In this document: positions 19,517 to 29,159 of the stretch, one piece after another
Numbering within the stretch: position 1 is the stretch's first letter
Layout of the letters: every line of letters starts with the position of its first letter
Sequence record: NC_061421.1
Direction: 5' to 3' (one strand)
DNA length: 64,000 bases
The notes under the pieces: generated by a model
Database searches by the model: none
The model's input: the letters and a program-made list of their open reading frames with translations, nothing else
Told to the model about the DNA's origin: nothing
Made by a program: the position numbers and the translations under genes

Positions 19517-19939
19517 TTAACTCGTGGTGATTGTGAAGTTATTGAAACCTGCTGCGCTGATGGCCAACCGAATCTTCTCAATGTCACCAGTGCCAATACC
19601 AGGAATAAGCACAGTAGCATTGACGGTGTCCACAACAACGATAGTATCGACTTTGATCCACGGAAGACCAATAACGCGCTCGGTACCGTCTTCAAGTTTC
19701 AGTACTAACCAGTTGTAAGAGCGAGCATTGTCTTCTACTGTTCCTGATGGAAGAAGCGGGTAAACTTTAGCGTGTTCCGCTTCTGGATCAATGCCGAATT
19801 TAGTTGCGCCCCGTGCCGAAACGATGTCGGTAGGAACGGCGTTTCTGAAGACGTCGCCGTATAATGCTGAAGGGTATACCTGGAATGTAACGGTCGCGTT
19901 TAACGTGAATTTACCGAGTATCAAATCAGTCGTCGCCAT
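19517..19939 (-). CDS. conserved hypothetical protein (beta-rich)
   Basis: AAGGA RBS before ATG 19939 (MATTDL); LKLEDGTERVIGLPWI resembles a conserved phiKZ-like motif. Confidence 0.75.
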   Translation of the reverse strand: MATTDLILGKFTLNATVTFQVYPSALYGDVFRNAVPTDIVSARGATKFGIDPEAEHAKVYPLLPSGTVEDNARSYNWLVLKLEDGTERVIGLPWIKVDTIVVVDTVNATVLIPGIGTGDIEKIRLAISAAGFNNFTITTS

Positions 19940-20300
19940 GTGCATTTCCTTTTGTGTCAAAAGTCAGAAGAAGGGACAGAGAATCGTAAAACTCAATGTC
20001 TACATAACGAAGGTTGGTTCGCTCCGTTAATTCGGTACATAACTCGGCCAGCGCAATCCCTGTCTGGTAGAGAGCACCGGTAATACTAACATATTCAATG
20101 TTTGGCTTACCGGTACGTAACACTGTGTCGAGTATTTCTAAGACCGACTTACGTGCTTCCTCTTTGACGAATTCAACATCTACCACCTCATCGTCGTCAT
20201 TCTCCCCCTGCGTCTCTTCCAATAGTTCCTGGTAAAAGTAACTATAGATAATAGGTAGACGTATAGGGGAGGAGAGAACTTTTATTTTCATGTTCTTCAA
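19926..20300 (-). CDS. small acidic protein, member of tandem paralog array
   Basis: 124 aa, coupled overlaps. Confidence 0.7.
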   Translation of the reverse strand: MKNMKIKVLSSPIRLPIIYSYFYQELLEETQGENDDDEVVDVEFVKEEARKSVLEILDTVLRTGKPNIEYVSITGALYQTGIALAELCTELTERTNLRYVDIEFYDSLSLLLTFDTKGNAHGDD

Positions 20301-20670
20301 TCCTTAAAGCAAGAGAATGACTTCCGGTGTAAAGGAACAAATTCTCCAGCGTGTATGAATCAGTCAATAGGAAAGGGAGGGTCTTCTCAAACTCTCTTAA
20401 TAGACGCCGGTGTAGGCAATCGTAGTTTTCGAGTATCAATTCCACCGCATAATCAATAGACGCGCTATCGCTGGAAACGATTCGATTCCGCAATATGTCA
20501 GGATGCATCACCATCTCTAATGGCTGTAAGATATCTTCAACAAACAACGATGAAAACTCCCTCGGCGTAACCCAAGCACTTTTCGGAAAGTTATCGAGTA
20601 TAGCTCCCATCCCCGAGTAAAAGGTTCTGCAAGGCAAGACGGCCAGAACAGAGGGAGGTTTTGTTACCAT
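20242..20670 (-). CDS. small acidic protein, member of tandem paralog array
   Basis: 142 aa. Confidence 0.7.
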   Translation of the reverse strand: MVTKPPSVLAVLPCRTFYSGMGAILDNFPKSAWVTPREFSSLFVEDILQPLEMVMHPDILRNRIVSSDSASIDYAVELILENYDCLHRRLLREFEKTLPFLLTDSYTLENLFLYTGSHSLALRIEEHENKSSLLPYTSTYYL

Positions 20671-21128
20671 GTCTCTCTCTCCAAATCATTCAGGACAAAA
20701 GAAACTGTGTCATTACGTAACAGAACGTCATCGATCATTGTGTTGTCGTTATAACGCAGCTCACGTGACTTAAATGTATTGAGTAGGTCGTAAGCAATCA
20801 CTTCGGCCATATCTTCAATATAACATGTGAGCTTGTACCGATCTGACGCCGAAAGGAGATGAATTTCGTTGTCCGTATCGTCTCTGTTGACAAAGTAAAG
20901 ATCAAGGAAGTCATCTAAACGCTCCGCGGCTTCTTGGTGCGACAAAAAACGTGCGTCCAAGACAAAAGTAATGACCGCCAACATAAAGTCCACTACCTCA
21001 AAACTGATCGTCTTGTCTGATTTCCCTCGTATGAGAGGGGAGATGTAGCGGTCGTAGTAAAGGAAAAGGTTTCGTGCAGGCCAATCTTTCACATTGAAGA
21101 TAACAATCGTGCGATGATATTTGCCCAT
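20664..21128 (-). CDS. small acidic protein, member of tandem paralog array
   Basis: 154 aa. Confidence 0.75.
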   Translation of the reverse strand: MGKYHRTIVIFNVKDWPARNLFLYYDRYISPLIRGKSDKTISFEVVDFMLAVITFVLDARFLSHQEAAERLDDFLDLYFVNRDDTDNEIHLLSASDRYKLTCYIEDMAEVIAYDLLNTFKSRELRYNDNTMIDDVLLRNDTVSFVLNDLERETW

Positions 21129-21136
21129 GGTTGTGT

Positions 21137-21589
21137 TTACCCTAAAAATGTTGTAACGCGAAAAAATATCCCGAACGATTTAACTTCGAAATAATCTATT
21201 CTCGGTGACGCTTCAAAGTGGTCCCGAATTTCATGTCGATAATACTGATAGAATAACAAAGAAAGTTCTTCAGCGCTTTCAATCAGTTCATCTGTAGTGA
21301 GATCTGATAACTTCGCATTCGGGTAACCCCGAATAAAATCCTTTATCTCACGCTCCCAGAAAGGTGTAAACTCGGAGATTACCACCGTGCGTTTATAATC
21401 AATGATCAAATCAAAGATCAGTTGAATAATTAAACGCCGATATAAAATATCGCAGTATGATAGTTCGTGTAAAACCGCCGCTACCTTCGTCCGATAAGGG
21501 AGAACAAAGGTTCGTAATTGGGTCTGACGGAATTCGTCGCCGTTAATGAACGACTGTGACATACAACGTCCTCCCAATGAGCTTAACAT
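21137..21589 (-). CDS. small acidic protein, member of tandem paralog array
   Basis: 150 aa; true start probably the internal MSQSF. Confidence 0.7.
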   Translation of the reverse strand: MLSSLGGRCMSQSFINGDEFRQTQLRTFVLPYRTKVAAVLHELSYCDILYRRLIIQLIFDLIIDYKRTVVISEFTPFWEREIKDFIRGYPNAKLSDLTTDELIESAEELSLLFYQYYRHEIRDHFEASPRIDYFEVKSFGIFFRVTTFLG

Positions 21590-21956
21590 TCTTGAGTTGA
21601 TTCGGATGTTCGATCAAAGAACTTAATTCACGCGTTTTAAACGAAAGTCGCGATGCCAATAACTGAATGTCAATATAGAACATAGCTCCCAGATCGTCCT
21701 TAAACGAAGGGTCTAAGTACTCCATTCCATCCGAGGAAAAGATAAGATCCAATATCTTTTCTGTTTCTTCGCCCGCCTTGAAAAAGAATGGCATTGAATA
21801 CCCACCCCGCAAGCGAGAAAGAGAATATAAAAACACCGGGAGAATAATCTCCCGGCGGTCAGTAGAATAGCGTTTTTCTATCTTATTCAGATCAGGTGTG
21901 TTCCAATTAAGATCGTAAACAAATGTCTTTGAACAAGCTGATGGATCGTTGATCAC
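21543..21956 (-). CDS. small acidic protein, member of tandem paralog array
   Basis: 137 aa. Confidence 0.7.
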   Translation of the reverse strand: MINDPSACSKTFVYDLNWNTPDLNKIEKRYSTDRREIILPVFLYSLSRLRGGYSMPFFFKAGEETEKILDLIFSSDGMEYLDPSFKDDLGAMFYIDIQLLASRLSFKTRELSSLIEHPNQLKNVKLIGRTLYVTVVH

Positions 21957-22320
21957 TACTGACCTCCCATTGATAGTAATCGATTAGTCGGTCAGTGAGT
22001 CTTACTTGTAAAAAATCACTGACCGTTGACTGAACCGACGAGAGAAACGCGTCGGTATCCGAGACGCTTAATTCCGGGGAAGAAAAGTATTGTAACATTC
22101 TCCCTTCCGAACTGGAATAACCAAAGATGGTTTTTTCTAATACGTGTAAAAGCAGCATCGGGAAAGCTTCCCCGAATGTCATGGGTTCGAAGCCTTCTTC
22201 AAAAAAGCGATAGTAAACGTTCCTTAGCTTCCCGCGGAGTTGTTCGATGTCAATAATAACTCGCACGAGCCTCACGTTTCTCTCGCTGAATTCGTTCCCA
22301 GTCCCGGATTCGCCAATCAC
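21907..22320 (-). CDS. small acidic protein, member of tandem paralog array
   Basis: 137 aa; true start probably about 20 codons downstream. Confidence 0.7.
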   Translation of the reverse strand: MIGESGTGNEFSERNVRLVRVIIDIEQLRGKLRNVYYRFFEEGFEPMTFGEAFPMLLLHVLEKTIFGYSSSEGRMLQYFSSPELSVSDTDAFLSSVQSTVSDFLQVRLTDRLIDYYQWEVSSDQRSISLFKDICLRS

Positions 22321-22753
22321 CCATATTCTCCAAAATTAAACAGTTGCTCCTGACTTCCAGTACACGAATCTCTTCCCAGTGCTTATCCTTACGAATCTCA
22401 CAGTCTTTAAAATACTCCAGACAGAAGATAATAAAAACATCAATGACTTCACGGTAAAGTTCTTGAGAAGGTTCGTCGCAGATTTCTTCGTTATTCTTAC
22501 CGAACCCTATCGGTTCCAGTGTATAACCCTTAAACCATGTTCTGATTGCACCATCATCGTCCCAACATTCCCATGGGAAGAGAGCTTCTCGGTTGATGGC
22601 GTTCCAGAAGATACGTAAAGCACTTTCTTTTAGATCTTCTACTGTGACTCGTTCATTGGCATGGACGTCAATTATACGATAATGCTCGCGCGCATAACGT
22701 AAGATTGATGAGAGTCGTCTCGCAAGGTAATCAATGTCAATAACATAACGCAT
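22250..22753 (-). CDS. small acidic protein, member of tandem paralog array
   Basis: 167 aa. Confidence 0.75.
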   Translation of the reverse strand: MRYVIDIDYLARRLSSILRYAREHYRIIDVHANERVTVEDLKESALRIFWNAINREALFPWECWDDDGAIRTWFKGYTLEPIGFGKNNEEICDEPSQELYREVIDVFIIFCLEYFKDCEIRKDKHWEEIRVLEVRSNCLILENMGDWRIRDWERIQREKREARASYY

Positions 22754-22764
22754 AACGGTCGCCT

Positions 22765-23169
22765 TTATTGATAAACAATGTATTTACGAGAGTCAATCAT
22801 TTCCGTAAAGAACTCGCCCGGATAAATATAGTTTTGCCACTGTTCACGCAATTTGCGTAAAATAGATTCCATCGTACCATTTTTAGTCATGAGCGTAATT
22901 TCTTCCTGTAAAGCCATGTAGAACGTAAGCTGGTCCCTGTAGTACGGGTCATCGGGAATGGTTTCGAAATCGTTTTCTAACGGGTCGATATAATTTTGGT
23001 AATAAACTTCAATAAAGAGGGTTCGATAGTCAATCTTACCTCCCTCCTCCCAATGGTAAGCTGTTGTTAAAAACGTCTCAATAATCTGGTTTCGCCAGAT
23101 GCCCTGATACCCGTCCGAGAAGAGTTTGAGTGAGTAAGGTATCTCGAAGACGTATTTTTTAGTGTGCAT
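22765..23169 (-). CDS. small acidic protein, member of tandem paralog array
   Basis: 134 aa. Confidence 0.7.
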   Translation of the reverse strand: MHTKKYVFEIPYSLKLFSDGYQGIWRNQIIETFLTTAYHWEEGGKIDYRTLFIEVYYQNYIDPLENDFETIPDDPYYRDQLTFYMALQEEITLMTKNGTMESILRKLREQWQNYIYPGEFFTEMIDSRKYIVYQ

Positions 23170-23483
23170 AGATCGGGATTCCTCTGATAAAACTCGTCAT
23201 CGTCGACCCAGATAAACAAGGCCCGATTCCTTAGGTCCAATGATAGGACGTTTAAAATATTAACAGGGAGTTTAAGAGGAATCCCACCATATTCTTTCTC
23301 GAGCATTCTTGCTACCTGCCATACTTTGTCGGTTTCAAGCGTATTGTTCTCTAAGATGTAGTGTTCCGGTAGAACGACCCCGTATACTCGATCCAACCAG
23401 AAAGACAAAACTTGTTTCCGGTAATAATCGGGCATCGTAGGGGTCATCTCCAGAAAGCGATTAATGTCTACGATTATCAACAA
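23067..23483 (-). CDS. small protein, member of tandem paralog array
   Basis: 138 aa; 103-nt 3' overlap with the next gene. Confidence 0.65.
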   Translation of the reverse strand: MLIIVDINRFLEMTPTMPDYYRKQVLSFWLDRVYGVVLPEHYILENNTLETDKVWQVARMLEKEYGGIPLKLPVNILNVLSLDLRNRALFIWVDDDEFYQRNPDLCTLKNTSSRYLTHSNSSRTGIRASGETRLLRRF

Positions 23484-23873
23484 TTACCTTTCCTCCAGAA
23501 TAATTTCGAATTCGTCTTGATTGATTCTAAAATCCCGCACTTGATAGTATCCTGGAATTTGGCCCATAGACTCAAATAACGCACTGAGCTCTTCCTCCTT
23601 ATCGTTGACTCGGTTGAAGACGTCATGAATCATTGTTTCAAAATCGAGCGTTTTATCTACACTGATTCTGTTCGTCGGACATACACGGTCAGTCAAGAAA
23701 TAGATAGCTCTGGCCCAATGCTCACGGTTCCGGTAATGGAACCATGTCATCCATGTCGCATAGAAGATTTCCGCCTGAGTGAAGAGAAATGGGTAGGGGG
23801 CGGTTATCCAGAAAAAAACTTTTGGTATTGTCCCTTTAATTTTGATTGTCGATTCTGGAGTCCTGTAATTCAT
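23484..23873 (-). CDS. small protein, first gene of tandem paralog array
   Basis: 129 aa; downstream of the TATATCAC promoter. Confidence 0.7.
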   Translation of the reverse strand: MNYRTPESTIKIKGTIPKVFFWITAPYPFLFTQAEIFYATWMTWFHYRNREHWARAIYFLTDRVCPTNRISVDKTLDFETMIHDVFNRVNDKEEELSALFESMGQIPGYYQVRDFRINQDEFEIILEER

Positions 23874-23974
23874 TCTAAGCCTCTTTTTGCTTCAACTATA
23901 CATTCCCCTTCAAATAAATAGAAAAGCTCGTACAAAGCGATTATAGGAGCCTTATACGACATCTTATCAATAGG

Positions 23975-23982
23975 GTGATATA
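23975..23982 (-). promoter_or_regulatory. putative early promoter TATATCAC for the paralog array
   Basis: motif followed by CCTATTGA, as at 37143. Confidence 0.65.
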
Positions 23983-24045
23983 TACTTTACTGAAATTCGA
24001 CAAACATAATCTCTCTGGACTTACGCCCAGAGAGAAAATAAAAAG

Positions 24046-24070
24046 ACGGAGTGGGAAACCCCCACTCCGT
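24046..24070 (-). terminator. terminator after phuZ
   Basis: ACGGAGTGGG/CCCACTCCGT 10-bp stem with U-tract on the minus strand; second hairpin at about 24010-24035. Confidence 0.75.
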
Positions 24071-24119
24071 AGATGACTTAAGCGAATGAAGCAGCTAAAA
24101 ATGTCGTACATAGAATGGA

Positions 24120-25088
24120 TTAGAATTCCATTCCATCGCCTTGCGTGTCACCCTGAATAAAGCTCTGCACTGCGACTGACTTTTTATCCCTTGCCATCCG
24201 GCGTTGTTCAAAGTCGTCGTAGGTTTTACGGAGGTCCGTCAGAATTTCATTCAAACCGTGAGTATGGATGAGGAAGTAAAGGGAATCTTCCCCTGACCGT
24301 TTACGTGAACCGTAGGTGTTGTAGTCAGCAGGAATAGTCCCGGTTGTGGGTTTATTGTCACCGTAAAGTTCCGCAACTGAGATGGGGGCGGTTACCTCCA
24401 ATGCGTCTTCTCGGTCCTGGAAAACTTCCAACAGTCCCAGCTCCGGTCGTACGCCTGCGCCAATCACTGGGCGTGCCCAAGTGAGGACGTCTGCTGAATC
24501 GAGACCGTGGTGTTTACCTGAATAGAGATCGAGGACTGCGCGAATGGTGGCAATCATAATCGCATCGACTTCTGCATTACGAACGTTGTTTTCGTTACTT
24601 TCAAACGCCACGTTCGCAAACTGATTGTTTTTGATCGCGATATTACGAATAGACGAAATAGTCTTCATCGTGTTTTCGGTTGTTTTCGCCGATTCGGTAG
24701 ATCCCACTAAAAAGACCAGAACGGCTTTCCCTTGGGCGTAGAGCCCCTCGATGAGTTTAGGGCCAATTACGGAGCCCGATCCACCGGACGCTGAAAAGAT
24801 CAGGATGTTCAGTTCTGAAGGTTTGAGTTTCAGAAGAATGTCGCTGATACTACGATCGGTAACGTCATAGTTAGTTTTACGGATTTTACCCGCGCCATCA
24901 ACCCCTTCCAGAAAATACCATTTATCTTGATCGACAACGGTGCGCTCAGAAACATTAGAACGGCTACCGTCAACGTAAGCCTCTCTTACGTTTGCCAGAT
25001 CCGATAGATCAGTACGCATCAGCTTGGTGAGGATGTCAATTCCCGCCCCGCCGGCACCGTAGATAGTTACTGTGTTATTCGACGACAT
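24120..25088 (-). CDS. phuZ: PhuZ phage tubulin
   Basis: 322 aa; YGAGGAG, GVDGAGK, tubulin signature SASGGSGSVIGP; acidic/hydrophobic C-terminal tip DGMEF. Confidence 0.95.
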   Translation of the reverse strand: MSSNNTVTIYGAGGAGIDILTKLMRTDLSDLANVREAYVDGSRSNVSERTVVDQDKWYFLEGVDGAGKIRKTNYDVTDRSISDILLKLKPSELNILIFSASGGSGSVIGPKLIEGLYAQGKAVLVFLVGSTESAKTTENTMKTISSIRNIAIKNNQFANVAFESNENNVRNAEVDAIMIATIRAVLDLYSGKHHGLDSADVLTWARPVIGAGVRPELGLLEVFQDREDALEVTAPISVAELYGDNKPTTGTIPADYNTYGSRKRSGEDSLYFLIHTHGLNEILTDLRKTYDDFEQRRMARDKKSVAVQSFIQGDTQGDGMEF

Positions 25089-25173
25089 AATACAGATACT
25101 CCTTATGTTAAGCCAAAATAGCTCTTGTCATAATACCTTATACGACGTCGTAAAATAATCGAGGGAGAAGAAA

Positions 25174-26004
25174 ATGGTATTGCAAAAAGTCATTTCAGAT
25201 ATTCGCTTTAATATCCCAAAAGAAGTCTTGGAAATCGCTTTCCTCGGAGACTTGGGGTTAGAGCGGCGGAAACCGGGTGCCCTTGACTGGGAGATTCGGA
25301 ACAAAATTATCGATGCTAAAGTTCGCCCTGACTGTAATTTATTAGGGGCTTTAGAAATGAATATCCCATTAGCCAACGCGGAAGTCATCTACGACGCTAC
25401 TGGACTGTACCGTAATACCGTTCGTATACCTAAGTCACTCACTCAAGGTAGAAGTATTGTTAGTGTTTCTTATTTTAACTATTACTACTACACTGGCGCT
25501 ATCGGTCAAGTCGGCGGATACATGGCCAATAACTTTTCCAGTAATACCTGCGGCAATTCCCCGATGATGGCGCAAGCATCCCGTATATTGCAATCTGCGG
25601 CCAACTCCGATTCCACAGGGACAGCAGCTGTTCGTCTTATTGGGGAAAACACGATCGTTGTTAATGACTACATTGGGTCATTACTTCAAGGGTCGTTGGT
25701 TTGTCTTGTTAGCCATGATTCTGAAATGAACTCGATCGGTCCTAAAGCGGTTCCTCAGTTCTCCAAACTCTGCCAATTAGCTTGTAAAGCATACATCTAC
25801 AATACTTTAAAAGTTAAACTCAACGGAGCTTACTTAGCCGGCGGCGCCGAACTGGGGGAAATACAAAACTTTGTTGATAGTTACTCGGATGCTGCGGAGC
25901 AATACGAGGAGTATTTCCGTGAAGAGTGGTCGGCGGTTCAGTTTGCAAATGACGACACACGTAATTCCTGGTACTTACGTAACCTGATCGGCGGCGGCGC
26001 ATAA
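25174..26004 (+). CDS. putative virion structural protein
   Basis: 276 aa, GGGAG RBS, divergent from phuZ as in phiKZ-like phages; TATG upstream. Confidence 0.7.
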   Translation: MVLQKVISDIRFNIPKEVLEIAFLGDLGLERRKPGALDWEIRNKIIDAKVRPDCNLLGALEMNIPLANAEVIYDATGLYRNTVRIPKSLTQGRSIVSVSYFNYYYYTGAIGQVGGYMANNFSSNTCGNSPMMAQASRILQSAANSDSTGTAAVRLIGENTIVVNDYIGSLLQGSLVCLVSHDSEMNSIGPKAVPQFSKLCQLACKAYIYNTLKVKLNGAYLAGGAELGEIQNFVDSYSDAAEQYEEYFREEWSAVQFANDDTRNSWYLRNLIGGGA

Positions 26005-26013
26005 GCGATTATA

Positions 26014-26044
26014 AGACTGGGAGTGACTTAGTCACTCCCAGTCT
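26014..26044. terminator. hairpin between convergent genes
   Basis: AGACTGGGAGTGAC-TTA-GTCACTCCCAGTCT 14-bp stem. Confidence 0.75.
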
Positions 26045-26048
26045 GTAT

Positions 26049-26882
26049 TCAGTGGCACCTTATAACTACGCAGTCCGCATCAAGATCTATTACCGCTGTG
26101 GCATCATTCTCTTTGTCAGTGATCGATAGTCGATACGTTTCCACTGCATTGATATCCTGCATCAAACGATTGGTGTAACTGGTTTCTTCTATTTCCGTCA
26201 CACCCACTACAAAACTGTAACCGCTCACTGCCCCATAGCACATGGCCAAGATTGAGCCTACTACATAATTCCACTCGTCCAGCTTCCAATCGCCGTGGCT
26301 GTAAACGGAAAAGAGGATGCGCGTATTCGTTTCATTCTCGATCAGTAAGAAAGCATCTTTACCAATGAAATGAGGGCTTTCCAGACTGACTACTTGTACG
26401 TATAAGAGCGAGACCCCGGTTAAAGAATCCCTGACTTCAAATCCGTCCTCTATATTCCAGAAGACAAAATAGTCTTTATTGTTCTTCGCCATCATTTCGT
26501 AGTAAGTGATCACTCCATCCTCGTCGAAATAAGGACGAACGTACACCTCTTCGTTACGTAATGGGAAAACCGACCCCTCAGTAATCTCCTTGACTTGGAA
26601 AACGCTTACGATAATCGCGCTTTCGGGTAGGACGCCCATATCTGTTAATAGTACGGAAATTTCCAATAGGGACAGAGATTCGGTATCTATCCCATCAACG
26701 TCTTCAAGGTGTAAAGTCCATACTGAGCTGGTGCTGTCAGGAAAACTCAACGTGATTAAAATGGTATTTGCCCGGAGCGAATCTTTAGTGGGTTGTCCGT
26801 TGATACGGACAACCGCCCCTTTCTTTTCTTTTTCTTCATCGACTGCATCAGTACTTATCTCGGTTTCGCTCATCGCCTGCAT
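26049..26882 (-). CDS. hypothetical acidic protein
   Basis: 277 aa ORF, operon context. Confidence 0.7.
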   Translation of the reverse strand: MQAMSETEISTDAVDEEKEKKGAVVRINGQPTKDSLRANTILITLSFPDSTSSVWTLHLEDVDGIDTESLSLLEISVLLTDMGVLPESAIIVSVFQVKEITEGSVFPLRNEEVYVRPYFDEDGVITYYEMMAKNNKDYFVFWNIEDGFEVRDSLTGVSLLYVQVVSLESPHFIGKDAFLLIENETNTRILFSVYSHGDWKLDEWNYVVGSILAMCYGAVSGYSFVVGVTEIEETSYTNRLMQDINAVETYRLSITDKENDATAVIDLDADCVVIRCH

Positions 26883-26910
26883 AACTACCCCTCAGAGAAA
26901 GAAACGTAAA

Positions 26911-27369
26911 TCAATTCACGACCGTTTGTAACACCGCGCTATCACGCACGCTTTCGAAATAAGTTAATAATGCGCTACTGTCTGGGTTAGCGATTTGAAA
27001 GTTATTCAGGGTATCCTGGAAACCTGCTGAGAAATTACCTAGCTCATCAATAACCAGAAGCTCATTCAACATCCACCAATAACGCCCTTTAATTCGGACG
27101 ATAGCGGGTTGTCCCCAAATTAAACCTTTCATTTCAAAATTATAATGAAGTAAAAGGTTTTCCTCTACTTGATTTAAGAGGGTTCGAATAGGCCCAGCTT
27201 CTTTATTCTTCCTGAGAATACGGTAAACCACTAACTTACCGTCAATAAATAAAACCACGCAGTGACGAATATTTTTAGCCGTCAAAGAAAGTGTCAATAA
27301 AACATCCGTGTCGTTGGTTAACGAAAGATCAAGAAGTTGGCCATCGGTAAAACGAACAATAGTTGTCAT
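26911..27369 (-). CDS. hypothetical protein
   Basis: 152 aa, GGAGG RBS. Confidence 0.75.
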   Translation of the reverse strand: MTTIVRFTDGQLLDLSLTNDTDVLLTLSLTAKNIRHCVVLFIDGKLVVYRILRKNKEAGPIRTLLNQVEENLLLHYNFEMKGLIWGQPAIVRIKGRYWWMLNELLVIDELGNFSAGFQDTLNNFQIANPDSSALLTYFESVRDSAVLQTVVN

Positions 27370-27397
27370 CTACGCCTCCGGTGGCCGAAAATTGTAA

Positions 27398-28030
27398 TTA
27401 GATTAGGTTCCAGCGTTTTTCCATCAATTCGCTAATACGGTTTTTAATCTCGTTACTTTTAATCCAAGGCGGATTAATGAGGTCAGAGATAACGATCCCA
27501 ATTTTAGGAAGGTTTTTCAGTAGGGTGGTAATTTGCCCCGGTCGTAACCCTTCTACTGGAGTATTGATGTCCAGCTTACAATAATAGCCGAAGTCATTTA
27601 ACTCCTTGTCGAAATACCAGTCCAGTTCCCCGACAAAACCATTCCCTAAATCCACCGCGTAACGTCTTTTCTGATAAAGGCGTTCTCCAAAAGGTAACGC
27701 CATTTCATATTCTTCCTGAGTGATAACCTTTTCCAATTCGATACAACGAGAAGTTAGGGTATTAGGATCATACGGCAGTCGGTATTTTGTCGCCGCCTCG
27801 TAAAGTGTCACATTTGCTGAATTTTCTAAATCGCCGTTAAAAGTTTCAGTACGACGAACACGTACCGTCAGACGTGTGTTATTTTGCGTCATCGCATTCG
27901 TTTCAGATTGCGTGATTTGTAAATAATTTGTCTTGACATCCTTTAATCGGAGATAGGAAGCATCATCGAGTTTAAAGAAGATGGCTACCTCGTTTTCGTT
28001 ACTTTTCTTCTTCCCCATCATGATTCTCAT
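27398..28030 (-). CDS. CYTH/triphosphate-tunnel metalloenzyme-like protein
   Basis: 210 aa; ENE..FFK, VRVRRT, K, ELEKVI, QKRRY, GELDWYF in CYTH order. Confidence 0.65.
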   Translation of the reverse strand: MRIMMGKKKSNENEVAIFFKLDDASYLRLKDVKTNYLQITQSETNAMTQNNTRLTVRVRRTETFNGDLENSANVTLYEAATKYRLPYDPNTLTSRCIELEKVITQEEYEMALPFGERLYQKRRYAVDLGNGFVGELDWYFDKELNDFGYYCKLDINTPVEGLRPGQITTLLKNLPKIGIVISDLINPPWIKSNEIKNRISELMEKRWNLI

Positions 28031-28526
28031 TGATCAAATAAGCTTCGTACTCAACGTTCAATTTTGTCAGTAGACGCGGAACAATAGCTTCAATTAATAA
28101 GGTCACTGACAAAGGATCAAAAAGCGGATCTTTTGTCAGCAGTGCATAAATAACGTCAGCGAAGGAACTCTTCTCAATTCTGCTGCGAATATTCGCCCCA
28201 TCACTCAAACGGGTATTTGAAATGTCTATCCCGGTTATACGTAATCTTCCGTTCTCAGAGATAGATAGGGACAAAAAAGAAAGACGCTCCAGTAACCAAG
28301 GCAGGTACGCGCTGCGTACCTGCCTATCGACAATCTTCATTTCCTCCACTTCAAAAATCAAAGGGAAATCAAATTGCTCCGCTTTGACTGGGCAATAACC
28401 CCTCGCCTCCTTCTTCACAAATACATCAGAAAGGGTTTGATTGCGATTGCCCAGAAAGCCGCTAAAACGCAGCGGCTTTTTCAGAATTTCCATGGTAGGG
28501 AGGACTACGAGACTCTGCGTTTTCAT
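27999..28526 (-). CDS. hypothetical protein
   Basis: 175 aa. Confidence 0.7.
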   Translation of the reverse strand: MKTQSLVVLPTMEILKKPLRFSGFLGNRNQTLSDVFVKKEARGYCPVKAEQFDFPLIFEVEEMKIVDRQVRSAYLPWLLERLSFLSLSISENGRLRITGIDISNTRLSDGANIRSRIEKSSFADVIYALLTKDPLFDPLSVTLLIEAIVPRLLTKLNVEYEAYLINENHDGEEEK

Positions 28527-28586
28527 GACAGTTCCTTTTTAACGTATTCAGACAAAAAGTTCATTATCAATAGACGCAGGATTAAT

Positions 28587-29141
28587 TTAAGAATACATCG
28601 CGATCAGTTTTTCTACAGGGGTAGACTCGAGCAGGTATTTCGCAATAGGCGCCGCCTTAAGTTGCAGCTCCAGTCTTGTGGGTAACGTAATCTTTTTCCT
28701 GATTTGACAACAATCAGTATCGAATGACGCATAAAGGACAATCTTTCCGAGCTCGATACGAAGCCCCGCATTAATCGGTTTGATCGGAAGGTTACTTACG
28801 TGAGGGAGCGTATTCCATTGATCAACAAACCCTCGGACATTTAAGGTATATCCATTATCCGACGTTAAACGCTCAATGTCATGTCCCGTTATCGCAAGAT
28901 AAAGATCGGCGATGTCTACACCTAATTGCGTCATGCAAAAACGCCGACCAGGCTCTTTCATCGCGTATCGCAATACCAGTGTACAGTAATGCTCTTTGAT
29001 GATATTAAATACATCAGTTTTCGCTTCACGCGTTTTAAACGACGTGACTAATGACCCATAATGACGCAACTCATGAATCACTACGCCCTGAGTGACGTAA
29101 CTCTTCGCACGTAATTTCCCGATATCAACGTTATAGTACAT
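28587..29141 (-). CDS. hypothetical protein
   Basis: 184 aa, AAGGA RBS. Confidence 0.75.
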   Translation of the reverse strand: MYYNVDIGKLRAKSYVTQGVVIHELRHYGSLVTSFKTREAKTDVFNIIKEHYCTLVLRYAMKEPGRRFCMTQLGVDIADLYLAITGHDIERLTSDNGYTLNVRGFVDQWNTLPHVSNLPIKPINAGLRIELGKIVLYASFDTDCCQIRKKITLPTRLELQLKAAPIAKYLLESTPVEKLIAMYS

Positions 29142-29159
29142 GTGGGTTCCTTTTATCGT

